Program-made: the position numbers and the translations under genes
Notes under the pieces: generated by a model
Database searches by the model: none
The model's input: only the letters and a program-made list of their open reading frames with translations
What the model was told of the DNA's origin: nothing
NCBI GenBank assembly: GCA_002633005.1
Contig: NMRA01000079.1
Location: forward strand, 90,397-154,396
Length of the DNA stretch: 64,000 bases
Origin: Phoronis australis
Lineage: Eukaryota; Animalia; Phoronida
Direction: 5' to 3'
Shown here: positions 1 to 12,488 of the stretch, piece after piece
Numbering within the stretch: the first letter of the stretch is position 1
How the letters are laid out: each line of letters begins with the position of its first letter

Positions 1-660
1 ATACCCGTTTGACAACACCGTTGTCCCCCTGAAAGGTTCGCTCCATAAGCAGCGTTCTAGCCAACTACTGGTTCAAGTAAGGTTGAAAATGGCTTTTTTA
101 TTTAACGATTGGCAAAGGTGTACAGAAGCAAAGAGGCCATTGCAAAGTGACTTAAGTACATTCAAGCATTTCTGCAAAATTAGTTTGTTTTGTAAGATGT
201 CGACACAGAATGTAGACATGCTGAAAAGGAAAAAAAAAACAACGAAGGTGGCACAGGTGACAACAAAAGGCAAGGGAAACAGGTGATAAAAAGTCGAAGG
301 CGACTACAAAGGCTTGCGGAAAGAATAACAACGACAAAAGTCAATTTCAGAAACCACGTCTGATAATGAACCAGGTCCATCAGGCTTAAAGCAATCGCAC
401 GGTTAACAGATCGAAAGTGACAGCGGTGAGGACTCGAATGTGGTGGATGAGGACAGTTGCTGCGTCTGTAGTAAGTGGTCACCACCGCCACAACGCATTG
501 TGCGTCTCTAGAGATCATTAATTGGGGAAAATGTGAATTCCAAGACTGCAGTCACTGTACTCACCTAAAGTGTTGCTGTGATGTGACAGCACTAAGGCGA
601 CGCGACAGATTTTTATGGCCCAGTGTTCATAGCCAGCTCCTAGGAGAGTACAGAGTGATA
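1..660 (+). pseudogene. 3' part of a decayed pogo/DDE_1-type transposase with a C-terminal PHD-like finger
   Basis: YPFDNTVVP at the window start resembles the GIYPFNP motif. It is followed by a Lys-rich tract and a broken Cys/His cluster (INWGKCEFQDCSHCTHLKCCC...RFLWP), with stops and frameshifts. Confidence 0.5.
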
Positions 661-1199
661 ACTGGGATCGGCTGTGCTTAACTTGTTGAAAACTCAAGCA
701 GTTTAATGATTGTCCTATTTTCAAACTATTTTTTTTGTTTACAAAAATCACATTTTTGATTAGCCTTATTCTGTTTTACCGTCTACAAGAAAGAGGGCGA
801 CACGGTCACGACTTTAGGGTCTCAAAGAAAATGGCGGGCGTTTTCATATGTCTTGCAAAAACTATGCCTGTGGATTGAAAACAAGTTTTAAAAGTGGGAA
901 CAGTTGAGCATTTGTTTACTACACCACATAATCAGTTATTGAAAGAGATTGGTGGGTACGCCAACAAACCGGTTTAGTGCTTATGTTCACAACTTTAGGT
1001 CCCCGGTGTATAGTTTGCAAGCGCTATTATATGAGGAAGTTAAAAAGTTTACTAAAACTTAAAAATGGAAACGTTGCACTTGAAAATGTTATTCGTATTC
1101 TTGATCAAATTATGACGATTTAAATAACTCATATACTGACGAACTTACTTAACTCGTCACCTTCAGAGCTGCAAAAGGCAACAACTTGTATTATTGAGT

Positions 1200-1420
1200 G
1201 CTAATCAAAAACTCAATCACATGTGCTTTGCACGACCATTTCAAATATTATGCTATTAACGATCTTTCAAAGCGAAAATATAAAACTACTTTTGTCACCT
1301 CGGTGTGTTTATGATGTGCCTGATTATATACATTAGCAGCCTGAAGCGATTTAATTAACCGCAACATCATGGTGTCTTTGATCTAAACCGGCAAATTCTG
1401 AGGTACGCAAACCGGTGCAG
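1200..1420. repeat. Interspersed repeat, inverted homologue of about 24980-25270
   Basis: cattagcagcctgaagcgatttaattaac...catcatggtgtctttgatctaaaccg is the approximate reverse complement of 25010-25068. Confidence 0.7.
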
Positions 1421-2135
1421 TTGCCTAATCTCTTGCGGTTTAGGTGACAACGTGAAATTATTTCAACGGAAGGGTGTTCGGTGACTTACCTATTTTATGA
1501 TTGAAGCGAGTATGTTTCATCACCATTTTGTTTCTAACTTAAGATTTTTAAATACTCAAGGGAGGTTTGAACGTCCTCAAAATTAAGGAAATCTTAAATA
1601 GATAAGGAAAATCTCCAGACCTAAGGAAAATCTTTTAAGAGTCTGCTCAAAATAAATAAAAGCGTATGGAAATTGCCATCAAATAAAGAAAAATTCACAA
1701 CGCAGGAAATTCTGAACAAAAACTTAGAAAACGGCCCCAGATATGTCATCTCCAAGTTTTGTCTCCGATGTAAAGAATGATCCGAATAAGGCAGCATTTT
1801 AACTCCCGCGTACTGGAAAAATACCTGCAATCTCGTGCATGGCCGTTTCTCACGTGTCTTTTCTTTTCTTCGGTTATTGAGATTATACCAAAATTGGGAA
1901 TCGAGACGGCTTTTTCTGTACGGTTTTCTGAGCTGTTCATACAAAAAGCGGCAAACCGCGTGGGAAAACAAAGATTGTTGGTGTAGTGTAATACTTTGAT
2001 ACGCTTTAATCGAATTTTCCTATCAATGATGTTATGTGAACTTGCAATAGAATATGTTCTGCATATCGCTGTTACCTGGACTGTACAAAATTGACAGTTG
2101 TCATTTGGACCCGGTAAAGGATAACATATGATCAG

Positions 2136-2285
2136 GTGTGCGTTCAGTAGCGCTAGGACCTACGCTAAGACCTAGCTAAAATCTAGCTAAAGTGACGTGC
2201 TCTCATTTAAAATACATGACAATATCTCACGTAATTTTGCGAAGTCTTGCTTTTTAGCGGGGTCCTAGCGTTACTGAACGGGAGG
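2136..2285. mobile_element. About 150-bp MITE, Harbinger-like (CAG flanks), copy 1 of 3
   Basis: Inverted ends cgttcagtagcgctaggacc / ggtcctagcgttactgaacg, with CAG on both sides. The internal tcttgctttttagc is shared with about 27285-27432 and 52575-52698. Confidence 0.7.
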
Positions 2286-3922
2286 CAGGAGAGAACTTGC
2301 TAGCGGGGATTATATTGGCCTTTGAACTTCCGCTGCCATTGGCTGATGAAATCAACAGCTTGTTGATTTCTGTCAAATCTTTCAAGAAGCCAATTAAGTG
2401 GTCAACGAAAAAGCCGATAGATTTTTCGCTTTCGGTATAAGCCATCTCATTCAAATTACAATGTAAAGTAGGTCGCCGCAACGAGAATTGTCGTATGAAT
2501 GTTTGCGATCCCGATTATAGGGTAAACCAAACTTAGGGGAGATTTTGCGGACAGGATATCGAATACCGAATACTCGTTTGTAAACGCCCAGTTGTCAACG
2601 TGGTAACCTGTTAAGGCACGTTTACTAACATTTCAAGTCAACACCAGCTCTGTCTTTATTTGAGTTATACTGCTGAATTGAAGCAGACGATTACGGATGC
2701 GTCATTGAGGCTCTTCACAAAGAGACTACATATCGTCACAGCTCGGTTAAGCAGTCATCTTCGAAATCTTTCCACTGTAGTGTTTTTTACGACAAAGGCA
2801 AAGACATTCCAGCATTTGAGGCGCCACACAAAAATGACCTTCAGTGACGTTACGCACGGAAATTAATAACGCAAATAATATGAATACGAGAAAAATATAG
2901 TATTAATTGAAGTCGGTTTTGTTAAAAATGAACGGACATTCCACTCTTTCCATCACAATACCGTTCTTTCCATTTCTTGTCTATTCAATGGCAGTCACAC
3001 ATTCATACATGAATATTGAAGCCTGATCAACTGCATACCATTTTCAAACATATCCCTACGTATTATATTCCCTGTCACAGACACTTTTCCAGCAAAATCT
3101 GGATTACCCTCAAACACAGCCTTGTGTTCTCGTGAGAAATGTTCAGAGGTTACAAACACGGGCGGCGCAACACTGAAAAAATTGTGGGCTATGGCCCCCA
3201 GCCCGCACTCTCCACCACTGTGTTGCACCGCCGATAGACGATGGGCGGCGCAGCACTGAAAAAAGTCGGGGTATCGCCCCCCAACCCCTATGGTGCGCCA
3301 CCCATGCCCACAGTCCGTCACAAAAACAACTTTTGTCTTAAACCGTGTATCGCACCATGAATTTGGTCTCAAACCGTTCCTTAGTCAAAGCAATTGTGAG
3401 CTCTGGACCCAGGGTCTAATCTCGGACTCGAATACGAATTTAACTCGAAAATTCAGAAACCGGTCACATCGCACGGTTCGAGAACAACTTTGCAAGTGTA
3501 GTCGAAGCGTGTCTTGCACCTGATTCTGGGCTTCTAAAGAGTTGACACTTCGTTAATGTTGGAGACAATGTTCTTCAAATTACCGTGTCATCTTGACGTG
3601 TCTTTCTACTCATCGGACTCGGGAACACGTGGAGGCCAATTTTACTGCGGAATGTGGCATGGGTCTAAATCAAAAGTTGTAAAACAGTTTCTCCGACGGA
3701 CCTAAATTTATTGCCAATTAAACACTCTCACGGGGTTGTGGTTGTTTCAGTACGTGAACAGAACCGTTTATAGGCTATTGACCGATAAGTCTTGAGCGAC
3801 GATGACCGTGTAATAATTTGCCTCACTAATTAGCTGTTTAGGCAAGTCTGTCAGGTAACGTTTATCCCCTTTGCATACATGTATGTAGGTCAATTTAACA
3901 AAATATTCTCCAAAATAGTCCT

Positions 3923-4210
3923 CTATGTGCCAATTGCTAAAAGAAGCTCCAAAATCATGCCCTGGGGACCAATGACAACATAAATAAGGACGACTGCGAC
4001 AACGACCAGCGAGACGCAGATAGCTAATACACTGAGGGCGAGGGATATCCGCGCCCTCTGACGAGCCGTGTCCGGGTGCCCTGACGCCCATTCCTTGTCC
4101 GATTGGAAGGAGAACCACAGAGCCAGCGGACCCATTAGAAGGTTTGTGCAGGTTGCGACGATGGCCAACATCCGGTAGTTACTGGGAGCCTGTTGTAAGC
4201 CTGGTGAGAG
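3923..4210 (-). CDS. CD225/dispanin (IFITM/PRRT-like) membrane protein, exon 2 (last)
   Basis: Acceptor tttccag. Reads LSPGLQQAPSNYRMLAIVATCTNLLMGPLALWFSFQSDKEWASGHPDTARQRARISLALSVLAICVSLVVVAVVLIYVV: two hydrophobic segments joined by the G..D.A...A linker typical of CD225. Confidence 0.8.
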   Translation of the reverse strand, partial: LSPGLQQAPSNYRMLAIVATCTNLLMGPLALWFSFQSDKEWASGHPDTARQRARISLALSVLAICVSLVVVAVVLIYVVIGPQGMILELLLAIGT

Positions 4211-5051
4211 CTGGAAATGGTAAGCGTGCCTTGAATATCTTTACCAACAATGTCTTAACGACGTCATTTAAATATTTTTTTTGTTTCCATCTCTTCAAAA
4301 CATGAGTTAGGCTCATAAAGCGCAAGATATCACTTAAGTAGGACATATTCAAATTAAATTACTGGGTTAGGTACTCGTCAGATTTTCTTCAGCTACAATG
4401 AGGATTGCTAATCAAAAGGTCCATTTAGAGACTAGCCAGCCACTTGGCTGCAGCATCAGTGACTAAACGGATATGCACCGAGGCTAGGTCGAGAGCTGAA
4501 CCCTGGGTCGGTACTGCGAACATTGCTGGTGAGAAGAAAGATTCCTACACCCCATTATCCATCGTGCTTAATTGCACTTGCACCGGCGGCATCAGAATGC
4601 CAAGACCGATTATGGTTTGTTACGCTGTACTCAGCTTATCTGGACAGGCATATACATGTATGTTTTACCAAGGTGGATATATTAAAAGCAGTCTCCGAGA
4701 CTTCCCCTATTAGTCGCTCTCCAAATGTCCCAATAAAAAGGTAGAAGATGTTGAAAACGACCCCGATGTCAAAATAAAACATTGTAGGCCTAATGTTTTA
4801 TTTAAAGCATCTGGCCGGTTGTGTAATTAGTTCACTTTACGACAGACCAGTCAGGCATATACACGAACTAGCGTTTGTTTAGTTCGTTGTATGTTCGATC
4901 GCCTTTGTGCGCGAATCATGTCTCTTCTCTTTAAAGTCTTAAGTGCCTTTTTTATATGTTTGACCACCAGACTTTCAGTTGAAGCGACATGTGTACCAGT
5001 GGCACGGCATGCAACGTGATTGGTTAAGTTTCTGTTAATCTGAGTTGAGGC

Positions 5052-5586
5052 CTGGGTCCCTTTTCATGAAACTGGCTTAAGACTTATGGGTTAGAACCAA
5101 AATTCGGGCTTAGTTAAGACCTAAGGCGAAATTTTGGTCTTTGTTCTTAAATTAGACAGAAATTAAACCGGATTTTGATATAGGAGAGCATACACTAGAA
5201 TATTTCACTTTCGCCACCTGTTGCGAATTCATAAAACTAAGCGAGGCAGTGTGGTGGAGAGGACTCTGGCATGTCATTTCGTATGTGCCGGTAAGTTGTC
5301 TATACGGTCTTTGTCGGTTCTTGAATCGAAAGCAGACGATCATCACTTTGACATTGTTTCAGGACATTAGAGTGTGAAAAATATAAACGGATACAGTAAT
5401 AATACTCCTAGGTGTTGCTCGTCCTATGTGCTTAAGATTGGACATTTGGTCGGACCAAATGTCCAATCTTAAGCACATAGGACACTAACTTCGCGCTTTA
5501 GCTTAGACCGATTTCGGGCTAAAGAAATTTTATGAATCGAAGACAGTCTCATTTAAGACAGAAAAGGATTCAAAAACGGCCCCTGG
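5052..5586. mobile_element. Harbinger-like MITE in the CD225 intron, copy 1 (copy 2 at about 27527-28260)
   Basis: Imperfect TIRs ctgggtcccttttcatgaaa / ttcaaaaacggcccctgg. Internal blocks (ttcataaaactaagcga; tttgacattgtttcaggacatt) recur at 27790-28050. Confidence 0.65.
5421..5483. repeat. Perfect 31-bp inverted repeat with a 1-nt spacer
   Basis: gtcctatgtgcttaagattggacatttggtc-g-gaccaaatgtccaatcttaagcacataggac. Confidence 0.95.
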
Positions 5587-5642
5587 TCTTAAACTTGCAT
5601 CAATAGAGTTACATTTGCTGCCCGGAAAGAGGCACGTGTTAC

Positions 5643-5924
5643 CTTGAGTATGGGTTCGGGTTTTGCGCCAACAGGAACATCTGTGAAATTGTCGACATCG
5701 TCGTCTGTTGTACCTTGAACAACATCAACCAAATCGACATGAGTTTCAGGGTCTGCAGCAGTGAGTGTCGGAGGCGCTGTAGGGCCGACACTTGAGTTGA
5801 GGATAGAATTAGTCCCACTGTCTCCAGATATTTTTCCATCATTGGAATTGGATAAATTTGCGTGTTTTAGGACCTGGACCTCAGCTACAGTGTCTGGCGA
5901 GTCTACTTTCATGTCACGTTCCAT
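5643..5924 (-). CDS. CD225/dispanin protein, exon 1 (acidic, low-complexity N-terminus)
   Basis: ATG at 5924, donor AAG|gtaac at 5643, phase 0 matching exon 2. Total protein 189 aa. Confidence 0.7.
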
Positions 5925-6603
5925 ATCTACAAAGCTCCTTCGGACAGACTGTGGATTTGTAGCCTACCTTAAGTGATACACTCAGTACAGTTTTTCGCTT
6001 CACTTAGGTATCAGCTATACAATAGGCCAGCAGAAATATCTACGGAAGACAAACGACAGGGAGCTGCGCGGGTTAAATTCTACTCCTAACCCAGTGGTTG
6101 CTCGCGACAGTAAGAAGACAAAAATACGTAATCACATGGCACAAGACCACCACCCGCGTAAAACCACTTCTCACGTCGTTTCAGTACCTGAGTGCAGAAG
6201 AAAACGTGGGCATCTACGGAAGAGAAAGTTACAGATTCCGTCTATCTTTGCTATGACGAAAGTTCAATATTTTTGTGGTGACGAGTCAATATTTCTGTAG
6301 ACCTAAGTGACTGTCACGTTGTGTGCAAATTTAATACACGAGCTGGTGTGTCTAAGACACAAATATAGACAACAATGGATTCTATGCAAAACAACTGACT
6401 GTGCTTAATCCTCGCGACACTGCCAGGACTGGACAACAATAACTGATCTCAGACATTGAATCCATTTTACAACACTGCAATCAATCGATTGTGCCCGCTA
6501 CTTCAAATAGCGGCTGTCCCCTGGCGCCGGCTGCAGCAGCGTGTCACATAGCCAGCCAGCTAGCTGTATGAACACTGTCGTTAAAATACAGCTAGGTACC
6601 AGT

Positions 6604-7715
6604 CACAGGCGCTCGAATTTCCCGATGACTCATAACCATATATAAGAAACATAAAAGTTGGACACTAAAACTTTGTCAAGCCGAGGCTCCCAACTTCAAC
6701 TGTCCAAAATCCAAATAAAATCTGCGTGCACCTCCCTCAGTCTGGTATTGCATAAACCTTCGAAGCCTTATCTTTCCTAGATCCTATTAACTGTCCTCGT
6801 GAGTGGTAAATTGGCGATGGAATTTCCAAAACAATCTCAAAACTCGGAATTCAAGGACCTAAAATATTAAACATGGCGGATTTCAGTTGTGCTTCAACTT
6901 GTACGCCTGTCGTAGGTGAAACTTCGAGTTGAGCAAGCAACCTATATTTCAAATTCAATAATTCTAATCCAAAACTCGAACTAATTGAGAATGTTAAAGT
7001 TAGTATTTTAATGATTATTTGTAACTTTATTCCACTGACGGCTCATTTTAGCCCTTAACTTAGAATTTTATTGCATAAACTGGCGTATCTTGTTTCTCAT
7101 CTTGACATTACGCACTTTTTTGATTGAAGCACAACACACACTCGGCCAGGAAACGCAGTCCGTGCAAGTATTACAATGCGCGTGGCCGACGAGTTAACTC
7201 AATGGTTTTGGTCAAAACTAAAACCTTCATAAGAAATCACAGTACACAAAAAACTTCGCATATCATTACAGTATCAGGATAATTTATGTTTGACACAAAT
7301 ATCTCTGATTAGTTACATTTATTAGGCAATGATATATTTTTAAAGTGCTCTCTGCTTCTCAAGACCAAGTAGTCGAGGGATTGACGGCGCGCGAAAATAG
7401 ACTTTCGGATTTAGCTCTGGAGCGTCCGCCAAAAACCCGGATGTTCGAAGACCGTCTGCCATGATATCACGGAATAAGGTCCTTGAATTTGTGATTTTGG
7501 CATTTTTTGGCGTTTTTGTCGTCAAATCACCACTTGAAAGCAATTTGAAGAGATCAAATAAAAGAAGGTATTCAAAGATTTGTTCTATGCAACAAGTTCC
7601 GTTCACATTTGAGTAGGAAATTCAGAGCAAACAGATTGTGTGTGTCCAACCTTTATGTTTTCTTAGTTAGTGTCGTCAGTCGTGATTGAGGAACAGATAA
7701 ACTCAAGCGCCTGTG
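6604..7715. mobile_element. 1.1-kb non-autonomous TIR DNA transposon (P- or hAT-like), copy A
   Basis: Termini CACAGGCGCT / AGCGCCTGTG. 8-bp TSD gtaccagt (6596-6603) / gcaccagt (7716-7723). Colinear reverse complement of 31135-32260. Confidence 0.9.
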
Positions 7716-9073
7716 GCACCAGTGTGTGTTGAGCTCCGACAGACCTCGCATACAGCCCAGGTATTTTTGCTCTTTACCTCCCCGTGAAACTTGTATCAAC
7801 GTGTAGAGCTAAGGACGGACGTGGTCCATGCAAAATGTGGAAGTCAACCGACACTCACTCCTGACCCATCAGAGCCGTTTCAGTGAAAAACAATCTAATA
7901 AACGTCATTTTTGCGTAATTCTCCACCTTTTTTAACTTAAGTTAAGTATGGTCGTCGTTTTGAAAACAGTACGCTCCGTGACACGCGCATGCGCCATTTC
8001 TTAAATTTTTGAGACATCTCTCAGGAGATGATGACAAGCTTCGTAAATTTGTTCTGAAATTCGGTTTCCTGGTATCAATATTCCTAAAACTTATAATGAA
8101 GTGAATTAAAATGCGATAATTTGTTGTGACATGTACGCAACCTCGAGGTGACGGTTACAGAACAACAACTTATTGAAGAATAGGCGAAGAAACTAGTCAA
8201 TACGTGACTCGCTATTTCATGGTGCCGAAAGCCGACGCAAAAGGTCATAGGCCTACTACAATTTTAGCAGCAGAGTAAAGGTAGGACGCCATTTTCCCAA
8301 TACCGGTAAGAAAAATTTAGTGTACTCCAGGAAGAGTGTAATTTTTAATGACGTTAACTTTGTGTCAAGACTTTATCCGGTCATTTTTTACCCACATCGG
8401 CGCAATTAAAGCTGTATATTTAATATACAACTTTGCGCCAAGGCTACATGCCACGATGCAACCTCTGGAGAATTCTTGTTTTATAAGATCCGTCTAGGTA
8501 AAAGCTTTACAACTTAATCATTGCACGTTGTAATGGATTTTCCCTGAATGCTCATGGTAAACAACCAAATCCTTGTTTTCATAGTTTCCCTTCAGCCAGC
8601 ACTGAATAAGCTACGACCGACGATGACTCACACGGCCACCCAGCGAACCTGGTGACCGGCCTCATACCGTTCCATGTTTTTTCTGAATACATTTACCGTC
8701 ACAAACAACTAAGTGTATCAAAATACATGTATGTGTGGGATCAGTGGATCAAATTACGCACCTATTTCAATGTTACATGTATATTTATCAGCAGTCTACA
8801 GTGTCTGCACGAACTTGTCATCTAGTACCCAAACAGCCACTTGGCGAAGTTGGCCGGGTACGGCCGAAGTGATCACGTAAAGTGATTTGATTCAGAACCA
8901 AATTTGAAATTATAACCAACTTTATTATTAGTATTGAGTAGTATCAATAATACTACAACAATTTTATTGATATTGTTGTTCATCTATATCCTATGCGTAG
9001 CGGATATGCTGGGGCTAGACCTTTTCCTGAGGGGGGTTCGATCGAGTCCCCGAACCGTACCTGGCTACGGGCC

Positions 9074-9624
9074 AGTTAAACTGACTTTCCCATCTAATTC
9101 TCTGATATAAATAATGCTCTCTAACCCTAGACAACCCTAAAAAAATTGCTGAAAATTTTGGAAACTCCTTTCAAAGTTTGTTAAACAGGAAAGCGTGACC
9201 GACGCTTTTTTTGCGATTACCGTGGAAAAGAACATCCACCATGAACCATAATGTCCAAACTGCGACATGGGGTGTACGAATTTAATTGATTCTTTCCTTA
9301 AAAATGATATTAAACTGTGTTTTCTTATTTCAACCAATCCTCGTTTTGTCACTTGCTCATGCATCTTTGGCGTCCATATTGAATGATAAAAGCAGGAGTC
9401 AACTGAGAATTCATATCCACCATCCACTAATTGGACATTATGGTGCTTGGTGGGTAATCTTTTCCCATAGATGCGTGTAACTCGCTAACAGCGTAGGTCA
9501 CGCTTGCCCTTTTAGCAGACTTTGAAAGGAGTTTGCTAATTTTCCTGAATATTGTTTAAAGTTGTCAAACCGTTACAGAGCATTATTTTGTTTCAGAGTT
9601 CTGGATATGAAAATCGTTTTTACT
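9074..9624. mobile_element. Fold-back MITE with about 185-bp imperfect inverted arms
   Basis: Arm 9074-9260 (aaactcctttcaaagt...agcgtgacc...accataatgtccaa) mirrors arm 9430-9624 (ttggacattatggt...ggtcacgct...actttgaaaggagttt). Confidence 0.75.
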
Positions 9625-10035
9625 ATCTGCTATTAGGCCAAAACCGGATTCGGTGTACTTACCTTGGAAGACTGAAGCAAGTTATGCATTAGAAGGTGAT
9701 ACGTGGCATAGGAAGCGGCGAGCTGAGAAGACGAAAGTGACCCCCCCCCCTTCCATAAATCAATTAAATGGGTACCGGGTATACAACTGTTGGCGTGTCC
9801 AAAAGGGTGTCGACGAAGGTGGGCAGCTTAGCATAGGTAAATTGGCTCTCGACTGGGGGAGGGGTTAAACTACCTTGGGGCTTAACTGGATGATGACTGA
9901 AGCAATAGAAGTTAAAGGCGAAGGCAACCTTTTTCCATGTCATTTTGAGCTTAAATAAGGTTGGTTTGTTATCCTAGACATATTTTACACTTAATTACAG
10001 CTTTTCGTAATTTTATTAATTACTCGTCCGCTACT

Positions 10036-10072
10036 CCGGAAGTGACGTTTTAGGAGGCAAGCATTTCGCGCC
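10036..10072 (+). promoter_or_regulatory. Putative promoter of the THAP ORF (ETS and E2F motifs)
   Basis: CCGGAAGTGACG at 10036-10047 and TTTCGCGCC at 10064-10072, about 110-145 bp upstream of the ATG at 10181. Confidence 0.45.
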
Positions 10073-10180
10073 AATTTCTTTTCATATAGTCTGACTGTGA
10101 GAGCTGCCGAGTCAGTCATTGTTCTACCTCGGTTGTGTTAAGTTCCGTCGTCGTTTGCTTTCATTTACTAGTCAGTCAAC

Positions 10181-10273
10181 ATGCCACACTGTTGCTGCGT
10201 ACCAGGATGTACTAATTATCGGCTCACGCGCGCTTTGGGAGTACCTTTGCATCGCTTTCCGATGGATGACACA
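10181..10273 (+). CDS. N-terminus of a THAP zinc-finger protein or transposase, truncated by the gap
   Basis: MPHCCCVPGCTNYRLTRALGVPLHRFPMDD matches the THAP start M-x-x-C-x-V-P-G-C...H-R-F-P. Confidence 0.8.
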
Positions 10274-11245
10274 NNNNNNNNNNNNNNNNNNNNNNNNNNN
10301 NNNNNNNNNNNNNNNNNNNNNNNNNNNNNNNNNNNNNNNNNNNNNNNNNNNNNNNNNNNNNNNNNNNNNNNNNNNNNNNNNNNNNNNNNNNNNNNNNNNN
10401 NNNNNNNNNNNNNNNNNNNNNNNNNNNNNNNNNNNNNNNNNNNNNNNNNNNNNNNNNNNNNNNNNNNNNNNNNNNNNNNNNNNNNNNNNNNNNNNNNNNN
10501 NNNNNNNNNNNNNNNNNNNNNNNNNNNNNNNNNNNNNNNNNNNNNNNNNNNNNNNNNNNNNNNNNNNNNNNNNNNNNNNNNNNNNNNNNNNNNNNNNNNN
10601 NNNNNNNNNNNNNNNNNNNNNNNNNNNNNNNNNNNNNNNNNNNNNNNNNNNNNNNNNNNNNNNNNNNNNNNNNNNNNNNNNNNNNNNNNNNNNNNNNNNN
10701 NNNNNNNNNNNNNNNNNNNNNNNNNNNNNNNNNNNNNNNNNNNNNNNNNNNNNNNNNNNNNNNNNNNNNNNNNNNNNNNNNNNNNNNNNNNNNNNNNNNN
10801 NNNNNNNNNNNNNNNNNNNNNNNNNNNNNNNNNNNNNNNNNNNNNNNNNNNNNNNNNNNNNNNNNNNNNNNNNNNNNNNNNNNNNNNNNNNNNNNNNNNN
10901 NNNNNNNNNNNNNNNNNNNNNNNNNNNNNNNNNNNNNNNNNNNNNNNNNNNNNNNNNNNNNNNNNNNNNNNNNNNNNNNNNNNNNNNNNNNNNNNNNNNN
11001 NNNNNNNNNNNNNNNNNNNNNNNNNNNNNNNNNNNNNNNNNNNNNNNNNNNNNNNNNNNNNNNNNNNNNNNNNNNNNNNNNNNNNNNNNNNNNNNNNNNN
11101 NNNNNNNNNNNNNNNNNNNNNNNNNNNNNNNNNNNNNNNNNNNNNNNNNNNNNNNNNNNNNNNNNNNNNNNNNNNNNNNNNNNNNNNNNNNNNNNNNNNN
11201 NNNNNNNNNNNNNNNNNNNNNNNNNNNNNNNNNNNNNNNNNNNNT
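10274..11245. other. Assembly gap
   Basis: Run of N. Confidence 1.
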
Positions 11246-11599
11246 TAAACTGATGTCGACTGGTGAGAGTGGGGTCTGGCAATCGCTTCGCCCCACGCGC
11301 TAAAGCAGACTTTCCTACGCCACGCTCAAGGTAAAAAAACAAAAGCATAGACATTTGAATAGAGAAAATTTATTATGCCTTTTCTCACTTTGAGTGAGGT
11401 GGTTAACTCTAATTAGTTATTCAAGTAATTAAACATCCAAGCAACACATCGAGTAGAAGCGAAGTGTTGTAGATATGTTATTAAAATATATCTTTCAACA
11501 ATCTTCAGGTAGTCCACAATCATTCTCAAGTCTGTTCTGAAGGCCACCTATTCGCCATATCACGTGGTCTAATGAACACAAGTCCGGAAAGATTTCTGC

Positions 11600-11834
11600 C
11601 CTCTACCGGGACTCGAACCCAAAGACCTTTTGCTGTCGTTAATCAACTTAGAAAGTATCCTTCACACACAGAAATATTGTCTTACTGTATAAGAAAGAAT
11701 TGTTAGTCTTGATGCACGCGTTTTATTGGTTGTATCACGTTACCCAACCTTGAAAATGTGTCTGCTCCCACCGGGATTTCAATGCGAGACGTTCTGCTAA
11801 CCGTGCAGACGTTCTAGTCCTCTGAGCTATCGGA
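11600..11834 (-). mobile_element. Two degenerate tRNA-derived (SINE-head-like) fragments
   Basis: Minus strand 11834-11763 reads TCCGATAGCTCAGAGG...AAATCCCGGTGGGAGCA (A-box, degraded B-box). A separate B-box GGGTTCGAGTCCCGG lies at about 11606-11620. Confidence 0.5.
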
Positions 11835-12488
11835 ACTACGGGTGGTTTATGAAAACCAAACAGCATCTTACTCAAGCGTTAAAATGCAAATTATGTACTT
11901 ATATGTTGTTTTGAATAAACGCTTCTCATACCGTATAAGCAAGAATATTTAACTGTGAAACACGTCATAGAGTGCCTGCACTGTTAGAAGAACTTCCCGA
12001 TTTCGAACCTTGGTCGGGCGGAGATCTCAGAGATATGATGATGGTGTGTCTGTCGCACCCAGTGGCCTGAGTTTTCACGGACAGAAATAAACCAGCTTAC
12101 TCTGGTCGTAATCATTTTCAATTCAGACGAATTTTTCAAGTCACCACGTGACCAAAAGGATAATCGTATTTCCTTGGCATGGCTAGAGAAACCATGAGCA
12201 AGTTTATGCATTTGAAAAAAGACCAGAGGGTTCATTATTGGTAAATTCCTCATTGCTTAATTACAAATACGTGCAAGTCGGTCACCTAGCTCGGGAGTAC
12301 ACTGACAACAAAGGAACAACGATTCCTCTTACATCGAGATGCCATGTTGCAAATATAAAAACATCGATCACAGTTCCACGAACATAAACGCGCGCGATTA
12401 GTACATTTACCACTGAAAGTATTTCATACGGAAAGAAATGACTCTGTTGATGTCGAGACACAAATATTTTCACATTGTTTTGGAATTA

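Noticed and set aside
10119-11354. Long ORFs of 355-394 aa
   Set aside because: Artefacts of reading through Ns; only the THAP start is real.
11763-11834. Functional tRNA gene
   Set aside because: The T-arm/B-box is degraded (GCATTGAAATCC) and the acceptor stem is imperfect; more likely a SINE head.
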